DNA of 64,000 nucleotides from the human T2T-CHM13v2.0 reference genome, Homo sapiens. The notes beneath the pieces are model-generated. The model was not told where the DNA came from, did not search any database, and saw only the letters and a list, made by a program, of their open reading frames with translations. Of the stretch, positions 53,156 to 64,000 are shown one piece after another. Where the stretch lies: NCBI RefSeq assembly GCF_009914755.1, contig NC_060928.1; one strand, written 5' to 3'. The number at the start of each line of letters is the position of its first letter. The stretch's first letter is position 1. Made by a program: the position numbers and the translations under genes.

Positions 53156-55528
53156 TAATAGGGTTTGGCTGTGTCCCCACCCAAATCTCATCTTCAATTG
53201 TAGCTCCCATAATTTCCACATGTTGTGGGAAGGATCCAGCAAGAGGTAACTTAATCATAGGGGTGGGTTTTTCCCATATCATTTTTTTGATAGTAAATAA
53301 GTCTTGTGAGATATAATTGTTCTATAAAGGGGAATTTCCCTACACAAGCTCTCTTACCTGCCACCGTGTAAGATGTGACTTTGCTCCTCATTCACCTTCC
53401 ACCATAATTGTGAGGTCTCCCTGGTTATGTGAAACTGTGAGTCCATTAAAACTCTTTCCTTTATAAATTAGCTTTGGGTGTGTCTTTTTTTAACAGCATG
53501 AGGATAGATTAATACAGTAAATTGGTACCAGGTAGTGGGGTACTCATGTATAGATATCAGAAAATATGGAAGCAACTTTGGAACTGGGTAACAGGCAGAG
53601 GTTAAAATAGTTTGGAAGACTCAGAAGAAAACAGAAAGATGTGGGAAAGTTTGAAACCTCCTAGAGACTTATTGAATGGCTTTGAGCAAAATGCCGATAG
53701 TGATATGGACAATAAAGTCCAGGCAGAGGTGGTCTCAAATGGAGATAAGGAACTTGTTGGTAACTGGAGCAAAGGTGACTCTGCTATGTTTTAGCAAAGA
53801 CTGGTGGCATTTTCCTCCTGCCCTAGAGATTTGTGAAACTTGTAATATGAGATAGCTGATTTAGAGCATCTGATGGAAGAAATTTCTAAGCAGCAAAGTA
53901 TTCAAGAGGTGACTTGGGTACAGTCAAAAGTATTCCGTTTTATGTATTTACAAAGATATGGTTTGGAATTGGAACTTATGGTGAAAACGGAAGCAGAGCA
54001 TAAAATTTTGGAAAATCCATAGCCTGACGATGTGGTATAAAAGAAAAATCCCATTTTCAGAGGAGAAATTCGAGCTAACTGCAGAAACTTGCATAAGTAA
54101 TTGGAAACCAATTGTCAATAGTCAAGACAATGGAGAAAGTGTCTCCAGGGCATGTCAGAGGTCTTTCTGGCGTAGCCCTTCACATTACAGACTGGGAGGC
54201 CTAGAAGGAAAAAAAAAATGGTTTTGTGAGCTAGGCCCAGAATCTTGCTGCTTTGTGCAGTGTCAGAACTCGGTCCCCTGTGTCTCAGCTGTGGCTGAAA
54301 GGAGCCAAGGTAGAGCTCAAGACATGGCTTCAGTGGGGCAACGTCCAAGCATTGGCAGATTGTCAGCTTTGATGTGGTGTTGAGTCTGTGGGTACAGAGA
54401 AGTCAATAATTGAGGCTTGGGAACTTCTGCCTAGATTTCAGAAGATTTATGGAAATGCCTGTATGTTCAAGCAGAAGTTTGCTGCAGGGGTGAGAAAATC
54501 ATGAAGAAACTCTGCTAGCGCAGTGTGAAAGGAAAATGTGTGCTGTGAGCTCCCCCAGCCCCAACACACCCACACAGAGAGTCACCACCAGAGCACTACC
54601 TAGTGGAGCTGTGAGAAGTGGGCCACCATCCTCCAGACCCCAGTATGATACATCAACAAACAGTTTAGACCATGCAACTGGAAAAACCACAGACATTCAA
54701 TGCCAGCCCATGAAAACAGCCAAGAGGAGGGCTGTACCCTGCAAAGCCAAAGGGGTTGAGCTGCCCAAGACCATGGAGTCCCACTGCTTATATTAGTGTG
54801 ACCTGTATTTCAGACATGGAGTCAAAGAAGATGATTTTGGCAATGACTGCCCCTGGATTTTACCGCCTTACCTGGATTTTGGACTTGCATGGAGCCTGTA
54901 GTCCCTTTGTCTTGGCCAATTTCTGCCATTTAGAAGGAGAGTATTTACCCAATGCCTGTTTCTTCATTGTATCTAGAAAGTAACTAACTTGCTTTTGTTT
55001 TTTAGGCTCATAGGCAAAAAGGACTTGCCTTATCTCAGATGAGACTTTGGACTGTGGACTTTTGAGTTAATGCTGAAATTAGTTAAGACTTTGGGGAACT
55101 GATGGGAGTGCATGATTGGTTTTTAAATGTGAGGACCTGATATTTGGAAGGGGCCAAGGGAAGAATGATATGATTTGGCTGTGTCCTCACCCAAATTTCA
55201 TCTTGAATTGTAGCTCCCATAATTCCTACATGTTGTGGGAGGAACTTGGTGAGAGGTAATTGAATCATGGTAGTGCATCTTTCCCATGCTATTCCCATGA
55301 TAGTGAATAGGTGTCTTGAGGTATTATAGTTTTATAAAGGAGAGTTTCCCTACACAAGCCTTCTTGCCTGCCTCCATGTATTACATAACATTGCTTCTCA
55401 TTTGCCTTTTGTCATCATTGTGAGGCCTCGCAAGCCATGTGTAACTGTGAATCTACTAAACCTCTTTCCTTATAAATTACCCAGTCTCGGGTATGTCTTT
55501 AGTAACAGCATGAGAAAAGGCTAGTACA
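53156..55528 (+). mobile_element. Full-length THE1 (MaLR) element, LTR-int-LTR
   Basis: LTRs 53156..53516 and 55166..55528 (ggtttggctgtgtccccacccaaatctcatc...taataca); internal starts gtaaattggtacca and shows MaLR ORF-like text EDSEENRKMWESL..RDLLNGFEQNADSDMDN. Confidence 0.92.
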
Positions 55529-55804
55529 ATATCCTAAAACTATAAAACCCTAGAACAAAATCAAGAGAATAGAACATAACTGAACTAAAAGCCCCTGTGC
55601 AGCAAAAGTAACTATCAACAGAATAAACAGATGACTTACAGAATGGGGGAATATAATTGTAAACTATGCATCTGATAAAGATCTAATATCAAAAATCTAT
55701 AAGGAACTTAAACAAATTAACAAAACATACACAAACAACTCCATTAAAAAATGGGGCAGGGACATCAAGAAAGAATTCTCAAAAGAATATATACACAGGA
55801 ATGT

Positions 55805-56200
55805 GCTCAAGATGATCAACTAGATGCAGTCAGGAAGTGCCACTGCCACCAGGGGAACACCAAGTTTTTTTTTTTTCATACCAACATAATTTGAACAGAT
55901 CTTTGGAGAGAAAATATTGAATGTGGATGGAGAAAAGAAGTAGTCACTGAGGCTGAAGAGAAAGAAGGCTGAGGACAGTGAATGGGGTGCCTGAATACTA
56001 CAGCTACAGCTGGTTCTTTACCCTGAGCGATTTCTAGGGAAAGGTGAGTCAAAGGAATAGTAGACAGCTCCCTCTCACTATAGACCTCTGGAATTCTGGC
56101 TAGATGGGGCTCCATACCTTCAAGGACATGTAGACTGGCAGAAGGATCTCCAGAGATTGCACAGAGATGGAGCTGCAGACAAAATCCAGGGACCTTTGTG
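55805..56200 (+). mobile_element. Old L1 5' UTR fragment
   Basis: caagatgatcaactagatgcagtcaggaag... resembles L1PB/L1PREC 5' ends. Confidence 0.5.
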
Positions 56201-56204
56201 AATA

Positions 56205-56418
56205 GGTCCTTTACAGAGACAACTCCTATATAAGAAAAACTTGAAACAAAGGTGTTGCATTCAACTCCTTCCCTTCAGAGGATGCCCTACTCTGTAATGT
56301 CAAAGCTTTCAATGAACTATCTTTTCTCAACGCACTCTGTGAGCGCACACAGATTCCTGTGTGGAATCTGAGAACCTTCTCTCGGTGTCTGAATCAAGGC
56401 CCCTTTTTCTGGGAACAC
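56205..56418 (+). mobile_element. ERV1 LTR 3' fragment (MER4-group/LTR8-like)
   Basis: Ends gagaaccttctctcggtgtctgaatcaaggcccctttttctgggaaca, the usual U5 end of this group. Confidence 0.5.
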
Positions 56419-56938
56419 TTCCAAGGAGAGTTTTCTGGCTTTCACCGTTTGCCTTAATTTGATGATTATTAGTCCTCACTTTTCTATTATTTTCTCCCAA
56501 GCATTAACTGCAGAAAAAAGCATTTGCCTTTATTGTGGTCATAATTTCTACTTTTCCCATATTGATACATTTGTGATATATCCTAATAAGTAACACTTTC
56601 CCTTTCAAAAGATTACCATCATAATTTGCCATTACTGAAAGTATGAAAAATTTAAATTATCACATTCCAGGGTCTATTTGTGTTCTCCCTACCAATAGTG
56701 ATAGGATTCTCATTACATCTGGTAGTGAATGATCCAACTCTAAAATCTCATTTTTTTGTCTGCTCTTTTTTTCTGACCTCTCTTGGTACATATTTTCAAA
56801 TGCTGGGTGGCTCCAAGAAGTAGACTCTAAGCTGAATATGTTTTTGAGGGAGATAATTCGGGAGTTTTATTGAAAATAACATCTGTGAAAAAGTAGGAAG
56901 CAAGACTGGACTGTGGAACAAATTAGGATATAATTCAG

Positions 56939-57284
56939 TGCAATGGTTTGAATGCTTGAGTGCTCCAAAGATTAATATGTTAAAATTCTTATAACCAAAA
57001 TGATTGTATTAGCAGACAGAACCTTTTAGGAGGTGTTTAGGTCACGAAGGCAGAGTCCTCATTAGTGGAATTAATTTCATTCCAAAATTTGCTCACAGGA
57101 ACACATTCATCTCTTTTCCCCATTAAGACAAGGTGACAGGCTGCCATCTTGGAGGAATGCCCAATACCAGCATCTTGATTGTGAAAACTTCAGCCTCAAG
57201 AACTGTGGCAAATAAATGTTTTTTGTCTATATGCTAGGCAATGTATGGTATTTTTCTATATAGCACCCTGAGCAAGCTAAGACA
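56939..57284 (+). mobile_element. MaLR LTR (MST/MLT1A-like)
   Basis: tgcaatggtttgaatg...cttcagcctcaagaactgtggcaaataaatg...tatagcaccctgagcaagctaagaca. Confidence 0.75.
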
Positions 57285-58393
57285 TGCAGTCTCAGCATAG
57301 GGTTCATCTCACCCACTGGGAGTTCTGAAGACAAGTTAGCCTTTCAGAGTTGGTCCACATTGAAATGAGGAGAATGGGCCTTCAAAGTCTTACATATGAC
57401 CAGGCATTGGATATGGGCTGTCTTGGAAAGGTCACTTTATACTAGATAGCTTTCAGCAGCGCTGTACTGAGAGAGAGCGCTTATAGGTGATGTATGTCAG
57501 TTGTCAGTCACTTCATCAGCTGGAAAGTAATTTATATATTCCCAAAGGGAAAATCTGGGTGACACATAATGCATGCACTCAAGGACATTAAAAATATTGA
57601 ACAATATTGCCACTCTGTAGGCAATATTTGCTCAGAAACTGTGTTCAAACATCCTTTTAAGAAAGATTTACCTCATTTCAGGTTAACAGATTATTAATAG
57701 AATAAAAATAAATTTGTATATTTTGTGACATGCATCTTTTCCTTCCTAATTCTACTTCGATGTAAATTTCTGGTGAGACTTTTTAAAAGTACAAATTACC
57801 TGAATTACAAGGCAATCTGTGAAACAAGTTCAGGAGTAGGCATTTAGAAGATAAATACTTTCTAAGAGTGAGAAATGTAAGGAATGCTGCAAATATTCAG
57901 AAAAAGAAAATATTGTGATTTAGACAAAATATTTGCAAATGAAGCAAAGTAACTGTAATTGTACTTAAAACATATCTGTTTGGATAAAAAGAAAATGAAT
58001 TTCTATAGTCACAAAAACAATGTCAAGAAACATGAAATGATGCTAATATCATAATTGCGAAAATACGTAGAGGAAATGAAGACGGTCTATTTGAGAATGT
58101 TAAGATAAATAAGAATAGATCACACCCCTGCCTCACTGTTGACACAATGCTGCTTTCTTATACTAGAAACTCTTCATATACAATTAAATTATCTCTTGTT
58201 CTGGAGACAGCCACATTTACAATAAGAATGAAATTTATTATTCACACATGCAAACACAAAATGATTCATCCTTTTCTTTATTCACTTGCTTTCCAAAACC
58301 TCTATTGTCAATACTTAAATCATTGTGACATTGATTGATATTGATATGTACCCAGTTAGAGAAAGTTATAAAGAAAGATAGCATTTTAACAAG

Positions 58394-59121
58394 TTGTCTA
58401 AGAAATGGGCTTTTTTGTTTCTTATGCTGACAGTTGTATTTTAGCCCTGAATCCTGCGAGAATGTGCTGGTGTGGCCGATGAAATACAGTCTTTGTATCA
58501 ATTTAATGTTGATACTTGATGAACTTGCTCAGAACACCATGAGGTAACTGTGCTTGTCACCTTCAGCTTCCATCCTCATTGATTCCAACAATCTGCTGTT
58601 AAATTTGAGGTTTATCCCACATCTTTTACTCAGAATGAACTTGATTTCATTTTTATGAAGTTGATCAAGATGTGGACATATAAGTTTCCAAAGAGTACAT
58701 TGTTGACATATGATTCAAAGATGCAAAAACTACATATCATGAATGTTCTGATACTGTTCAAAAGCTCTGTGAGTATGCTGTTTTGAACAAGAAAATTATG
58801 AGGAACAACAAGATTCCAGAATTTATGTCATTCTTGCAGATGTCACTTCTCAGTAGTGAGCTGCTATCTGAACAACTTAATCTGTTAAACATTTGTTATA
58901 CATTTGGTCTACAATCATCAATTTACAACTGGCAGTATGTACCAAGAACTCTGTGGAGAACTTACATTACCTCCTTTTGATGTAACTGTTGTCATATCAG
59001 AACTTAGTACAAAAATACATTTGTAGAAAGGTGAAAAATCTGTTGCATTTTCTTCGTTTTGACTTTGCATTTGAGATTTTTAACAAAAAGAAGTGGGATC
59101 AGTTTTACAGTGAAGTATTAG
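58394..59121 (+). pseudogene. Heavily decayed orphan UGT2B exon 1
   Basis: TTG for ATG then SKKWAF...; NVLVWPMKYS; ILDELAQ; HEVTVL; SASILID; [14 protein letters not shown]; VLNKKIM; [12 protein letters not shown] followed by intact donor gtaagt at 59122. Confidence 0.92.
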
Positions 59122-59234
59122 GTAAGTTAGTGTTTAATTTATTCACTTTTCCCTCCAATATGTGGAAGGAAACCTTCCTTTTTTGTGTCTGTTGGAGTGT
59201 GTTTATAAATTGAAATAAAAAATAACCTTTTTGG

Positions 59235-59905
59235 TTGTGTGAAAGAAAAGGGTGGGCAAGGTTGTGGAGACATTGAAACCCTCATACATTGTTGGTGAGA
59301 ATAGAAAATTATTCACTCACTCTGAAAAAGTCTAGCAATTCCTCAAAAGGTTATATTTACATTTACCACATAATTCAGTAATTGCCTTTCTAGGCATATC
59401 CCCAAGAAAAATAAAAACATGTCCACAGAAATGATGCACATCACTGTTAATAAATGCTATTCATAGTGGCCAAAAGTGGAAGAAAAACAATATCCATCAA
59501 CTGATAAATGAATAAATAAATTGTGTTTATAAATAGCATCTGATACTATTTGGCAATAAAAATGAAGTCCTTATTTACACTGTTCTATGGTCGGTCCTTT
59601 AAAAACATTAAACTAAATAAAAGAAGCCAACCACAAAAGTCCACATATTGTATAGTTTCATTTATATTTAAAAAGATCCTGAATAGGTACATTTGTAGAG
59701 GGAGAAATTAGATTACTAGTTGCCCAGTGCAGGATGGATGCAGAAATTCAGTGGGGAGAAGAGAGCTAATATACAGGATTTTTTTTTTTTTTTAGATAAA
59801 ACTCATTGTTATGTTGGATGCACAAATCTGTGAATTTACAAGGAAATACTTAATTTAAAATAATAATTGATGAAGCATACGGTATTTGGATTATACTTCA
59901 ACAAA
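59235..59905 (+). mobile_element. Old L1M 3' end
   Basis: ggcaaggttgtggagacattgaaaccctcatacattgttggtgagaat...tatccatcaactgataaatgaataaataaattgtg. Confidence 0.7.
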
Positions 59906-60189
59906 GTTTTACAAGATATTCCTTGAACCACGATATTCAAAAATGTTATTTGCATTGTACAGTCACTTCATCTCTTACTCTGTGTCAAGGGCCCTGCAGG
60001 ACTCTCTCACTTGCCACTGTTCTTGACACTATTATAAAATACGTTACATAAAACAGGGTACTTGCAAGGTCATAATCTTAGGTGGATGACAGCGAATATA
60101 AACATAAAAGAAACAGCAAACATCCTTGAGTAAATATGAAGTAATCCAACTTTGTCTTCTTGCCATCCATGGACTCAGGTTGTTCATAT

Positions 60190-60254
60190 AATGTATTTAC
60201 TTTGAATTGAAGGAGTTATGTTTTAACTTGATTGATTTATCTCTGTATATAAGT
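60190..60254 (+). promoter_or_regulatory. UGT2B proximal promoter (FOXA-like, HNF1/Pbx-like sites, TATA box)
   Basis: tgtatttactt 60192; gttatgttttaacttgattgattt 60215-60238; tatataag 60247-60254, ~50 bp upstream of the ATG. Confidence 0.7.
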
Positions 60255-60301
60255 ATGAGAAAGAAACAGTGACTTGAAAAGAATGATCACATTGCCCCAG
60301 G

Positions 60302-62421
60302 ATGGCTCTGAAATGGACTTCAGTTCTTCTGCTGATACATCTCAGTTGTTACTTTAGCTCTGGGAGTTGTGGAAAGGTGCTGGTGTGGGCCACAGAATAC
60401 AGCCATTGGATGAATATGAAGACAATCCTGAAAGAGCTTGTTCAGAGAGGTCATGAGGTGACTGTACTGGCATCTTCAGCTTCCATTCTTTTTGATCCCA
60501 ATGATGCATCCACTCTTAAATTTGAAGTTTATCCTACATCTTTAACTAAAACTGAATTTGAGAATATCGTCATGCAACAGGTTAAGAGATGGTCAGACAT
60601 TCGAAAAGATAGCTTTTGGTTATATTTTTCACAAGAACAAGAAATCCTGTGGGAATTATATGACATATTTAGAAACTTCTGTAAAGATGTAGTTTCAAAT
60701 AAGAAACTTATGAAAAAACTACAAGTCAAGATTTGACATCATTTTTGCAGATGCTTCTTTTCCTTGTGGTGAGCTGCTGGCTGAGCTATTTAACATACCC
60801 TTTGTGTACAGTCTCCGCTTTACTCCTGGCTACACTGTTGAAAGGCACAGTGGAGGACTGATTTTCCCTCCTTCCTACATACCTATTGTTATGTCAAAAT
60901 TAAGTGATCAAATGACTTTCATGGAGAGGGTAAAAAATATGATCTATGTGATTTATTTTGACTTTTGGTTCCAAATGTGTGATATGAAGAAGTGGGATCA
61001 GTTTTACAGTGAAGTTTTAGGTAAGAATTTGAAGCAAAGCTTATATAAAGCTGTAAAGACAGGGAAGTGTAGTTTTTGTTAAGTGAATTTATGAAATGAA
61101 AATACAAGATGATCTATCAATCTCACAAACATTATAGAAAAGCTTAAATTATAAGGTCTGTTAAAACCCTGTGGCCATCACTCATACAGAACACCCCAGG
61201 AAATCATAAACCTATATGTTAGTACACCTAAGACTTTAAGCAATTACACATCTGTTTTACTATATAATGTTTTAGATCTTCAAAACAGTAAAATCCATCA
61301 AGTAACATCTTACCCAATGTATAGATTTAGAATGAGTAATTACATATTTTTCTACAGCAAACTATAAAATGGCAGAAATTTTTCCTTGTAAACCTCAGTT
61401 TTCTTTTTTAGAAATTAAAAGATATTCCCACGTTACCAGAAGGTTTCCTTCACAGTAGAGAGAGATAATGTCTACATCTCAGATGCAAAAATCAATAAGG
61501 GTAATTTGAAGTTTCTAATGTTTCTATACTCCTTCACTAAAGAATTGGAATTCATTCATTTGAAGTCCAATTATCTTGTTGAAGTGTGAAGGTTGTTAGA
61601 TCTATATAGTTAATTTGAAGCTATGTCTCTTTATTTAAAAATATGAGACAGATTAAATTTGAGTACAGATCACTATTTCAATAATTTCTCAAAAATATCT
61701 AGCTATAATTTACAAATATATTTACTCAAAAGGTAATATTATTAAGATCTTAGCTCAAATCCAAATGAGTAGTTGGTACAAGGATTTCTGCCACACTCTC
61801 AAAATAGTCCAGAGTTCACTTGAAGAACCAAGGATAAAAGGATTAGCTAAATGAGCTGTGTAAACTAGACTGTTAGAAAATTGTTTTTATGGGTACAGTA
61901 GAATTAATTGATTATGGAGCTCAAAGAGTTGTTTAAATATCTATATGCTACTATTGAAGCTTTAAAGAGAAAATAAATTGATGTTTAATTATCTATGACT
62001 CATTTTAATAATTGTGAGTATACTGACATGACATTAGAGATGTAGCTTAACCTCATAATTCTCCCACCACTTTGCCTTTCTTATAAATAAACATGGGCAA
62101 AATATATAATACATAAAAATATATTATTCATATATATGAATATATGTATATATTTTTCAAAGCACACAAACTTTACCTACATCTTTGCCTACGTTATTCT
62201 AACCCCTTTCAGAAAGTTATATAAAGTAATTATCTTACGTCATCCACTTTTTCTTTTCTTTATTCCTGTCAGGAAGACCCACTACCTTATTTGAGACAAT
62301 GGGGAAAGCTGACATATGGCTTATGCGAAACTCCTGGAATTTTCAGTTTCCTCATCCTTTCTTACCAAACGTTGATTTTGTTGGAGGACTCCACTGCAAA
62401 CCTGCCAAACCCCTACCTAAG
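60302..62421 (+). pseudogene. UGT2B11/UGT2B28-like pseudogene, exon 1 (60302-61020) and exon 2 (62273-62421); remainder outside window
   Basis: [29 protein letters not shown]...[26 protein letters not shown] is UGT2B11/28-like. ctacaa(ga)gtcaaga 2-bp deletion at ~60725 gives a stop at 60736 (exon 719 bp). Exon 2 [15 protein letters not shown]...[13 protein letters not shown] is followed by ataaac instead of gtaaac. Confidence 0.93.
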
Positions 62422-64000
62422 ATAAACATACTTTCGTTGGTTTTATTTTGTTGGCATCGAAGTTTCAGTAGAAATGATTCTATAGTTTTCATTCAGAATG
62501 TTTGACTTACACTGAAAGAAAGATGGGAAGTAGGTGGTGTAAAGCAGATACCAATTAGAAACTCATGTACATGTTAATACCATCACACATATGTGAGTTT
62601 TATGCATATTACAGATAGAGAGGAATAGTAAGGAGACTTTGAAAATAGAGTTGGTTAAAGTAAAGTCTTGATTATGCAACACCTAAGAAGGTATTGATCA
62701 TTCATTCAGAGAATATTTATAAAGGGATTAGCACAAAACACAAGTAAGTGCAGAAATTTCAGAGAAAAAAAAAGACACAGTTTCCGTCCCTACATACTTT
62801 ACATTCTACTTTGAAATATAGAATATAAGTAATTAATGAAAATGTTATAAAAAACTATTATCTCAAGGAAAAACCCAATGTCAAGAAAGCATCAGTGGAG
62901 ATAATAGAAAGTATCCTGGAGTCACTGATTAGTAAGATGAGAGCTGAACAATATGTAGGAATAGGTAAAAGAACGACGGGGAGGGGCAGACAAAAAGGGA
63001 AAGCAGATAAAGTGGTCAGGACAGCTCTCAAGTCCTCAGGTTTTGTTTTCAGGGAATGATTAAGAATCAGATGATATTAAGAGGTAAATTAGAGCCAGAT
63101 ACGTATTAGGAGTGGAAATATTTGTTAAGAATATTGAAAAACTACTAAAAAGAGTTAAGAAATAAATATATATGAAATGATTCTCTTTTTTAAGAAAAGC
63201 CTCCAAGATATTCAATGGATTAAATTACAGAAGGGCCACACTGTAAAGAGCCAACCATTCAGGAAATTTTGCATGGATTCAGGTAGCAGATGATGGAAAA
63301 GTGGACTAGAAAGTTGATAGAAATAATTATGCCTACATTTACTAAAATAGTGCCAAATTCATATTGTGTTGTGTGGAAAAAAATATTAAAACAGACAAAA
63401 CACTTAAAATGTCTCTGGCATACAGTCAGTGGCTCAGAAATGTTATTAATTTTGCAATTATGGTTATTTTATTACTAATACTACTAACTACTTAAAATGT
63501 GCAAGTCACTTGAGATATCATTCCTCATTTAAGAGAACCAGATTATTCAGCACATCAAGGTTATATTCTCTTGCAAAGTCATAGATGACAGATACCCTGT
63601 GGACTTGATTAAAATTAGACATATCAATTGTGACAGCAAGTTGAGCTACTTGAAATTCTAAAATTCTACCATAAGTAAAAAGGATCTTCACCAGTATTCC
63701 AGCTTAAAACCCTTCCTCAACAATATAAATGTGTGCCTTAAATATGTGCAGACAAACCCAGGGTTCACTTGACTTTAATAAAGTATTTAAATCATTTCTG
63801 CATTGAGATCCCAGAATTTTACATTTTAGAGCATAAACATACCCTATTAGAGCAGACGATGTCTGCCTTATGACAAGCAACTCAGTAAAGCTTCCTGGGG
63901 GAACTTGTCTCAACATCATAGGTGCCTGACAGAGAAGCACAGAGATAGTGAACAATCCATGTATAATAAAGACCAAATAATTTCTACCACTTGTATCTGA

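Larger units (their letters stand above)
45560..55790. mobile_element. Old 5'-inverted L1 (L1PB/late L1PA-like) split by the provirus and by THE1
   Basis: Inverted ORF2 45560..~46350; sense ORF2 ~46353..46714, resuming 52463..53155 and 55529..55790. Confidence 0.82.

Noticed and set aside
60302-61082. Functional UGT2B11 or UGT2B28 gene
   Set aside because: Frameshift at ~60725 and lost exon-2 donor. The exact pseudogene name cannot be assigned from sequence alone, so no symbol is given.

Overview
Primate (human/ape-like) genomic DNA from the UGT2 (UDP-glucuronosyltransferase 2A/2B) cluster. I find no intact protein-coding gene. The dominant structure is a large inverted duplication: 1..~15538 (running off the left edge) is the reverse complement of ~35330..51493, flanking a ~19.8 kb spacer. 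Each arm carries a HERV30/LTR30-like provirus (pol-env deleted, with a reconstructable 293-codon pre-gag ORF), several L1/MaLR relics and a decayed UGT2 first exon from a lineage that is neither UGT2A3 nor primate UGT2B (UGT2E-like). The spacer holds a 3 kb L1PA, LTR debris and a UGT2A3 pseudogene lacking exon 2. Right of the duplication are a THE1 element, an old orphan UGT2B exon 1, and exons 1-2 of a UGT2B11/UGT2B28-like pseudogene (2-bp frameshift, dead exon-2 donor). Repeat subfamily names and comparisons to known proteins come from memory and need RepeatMasker/BLAST confirmation. Mismatch counts are by-eye spot checks.
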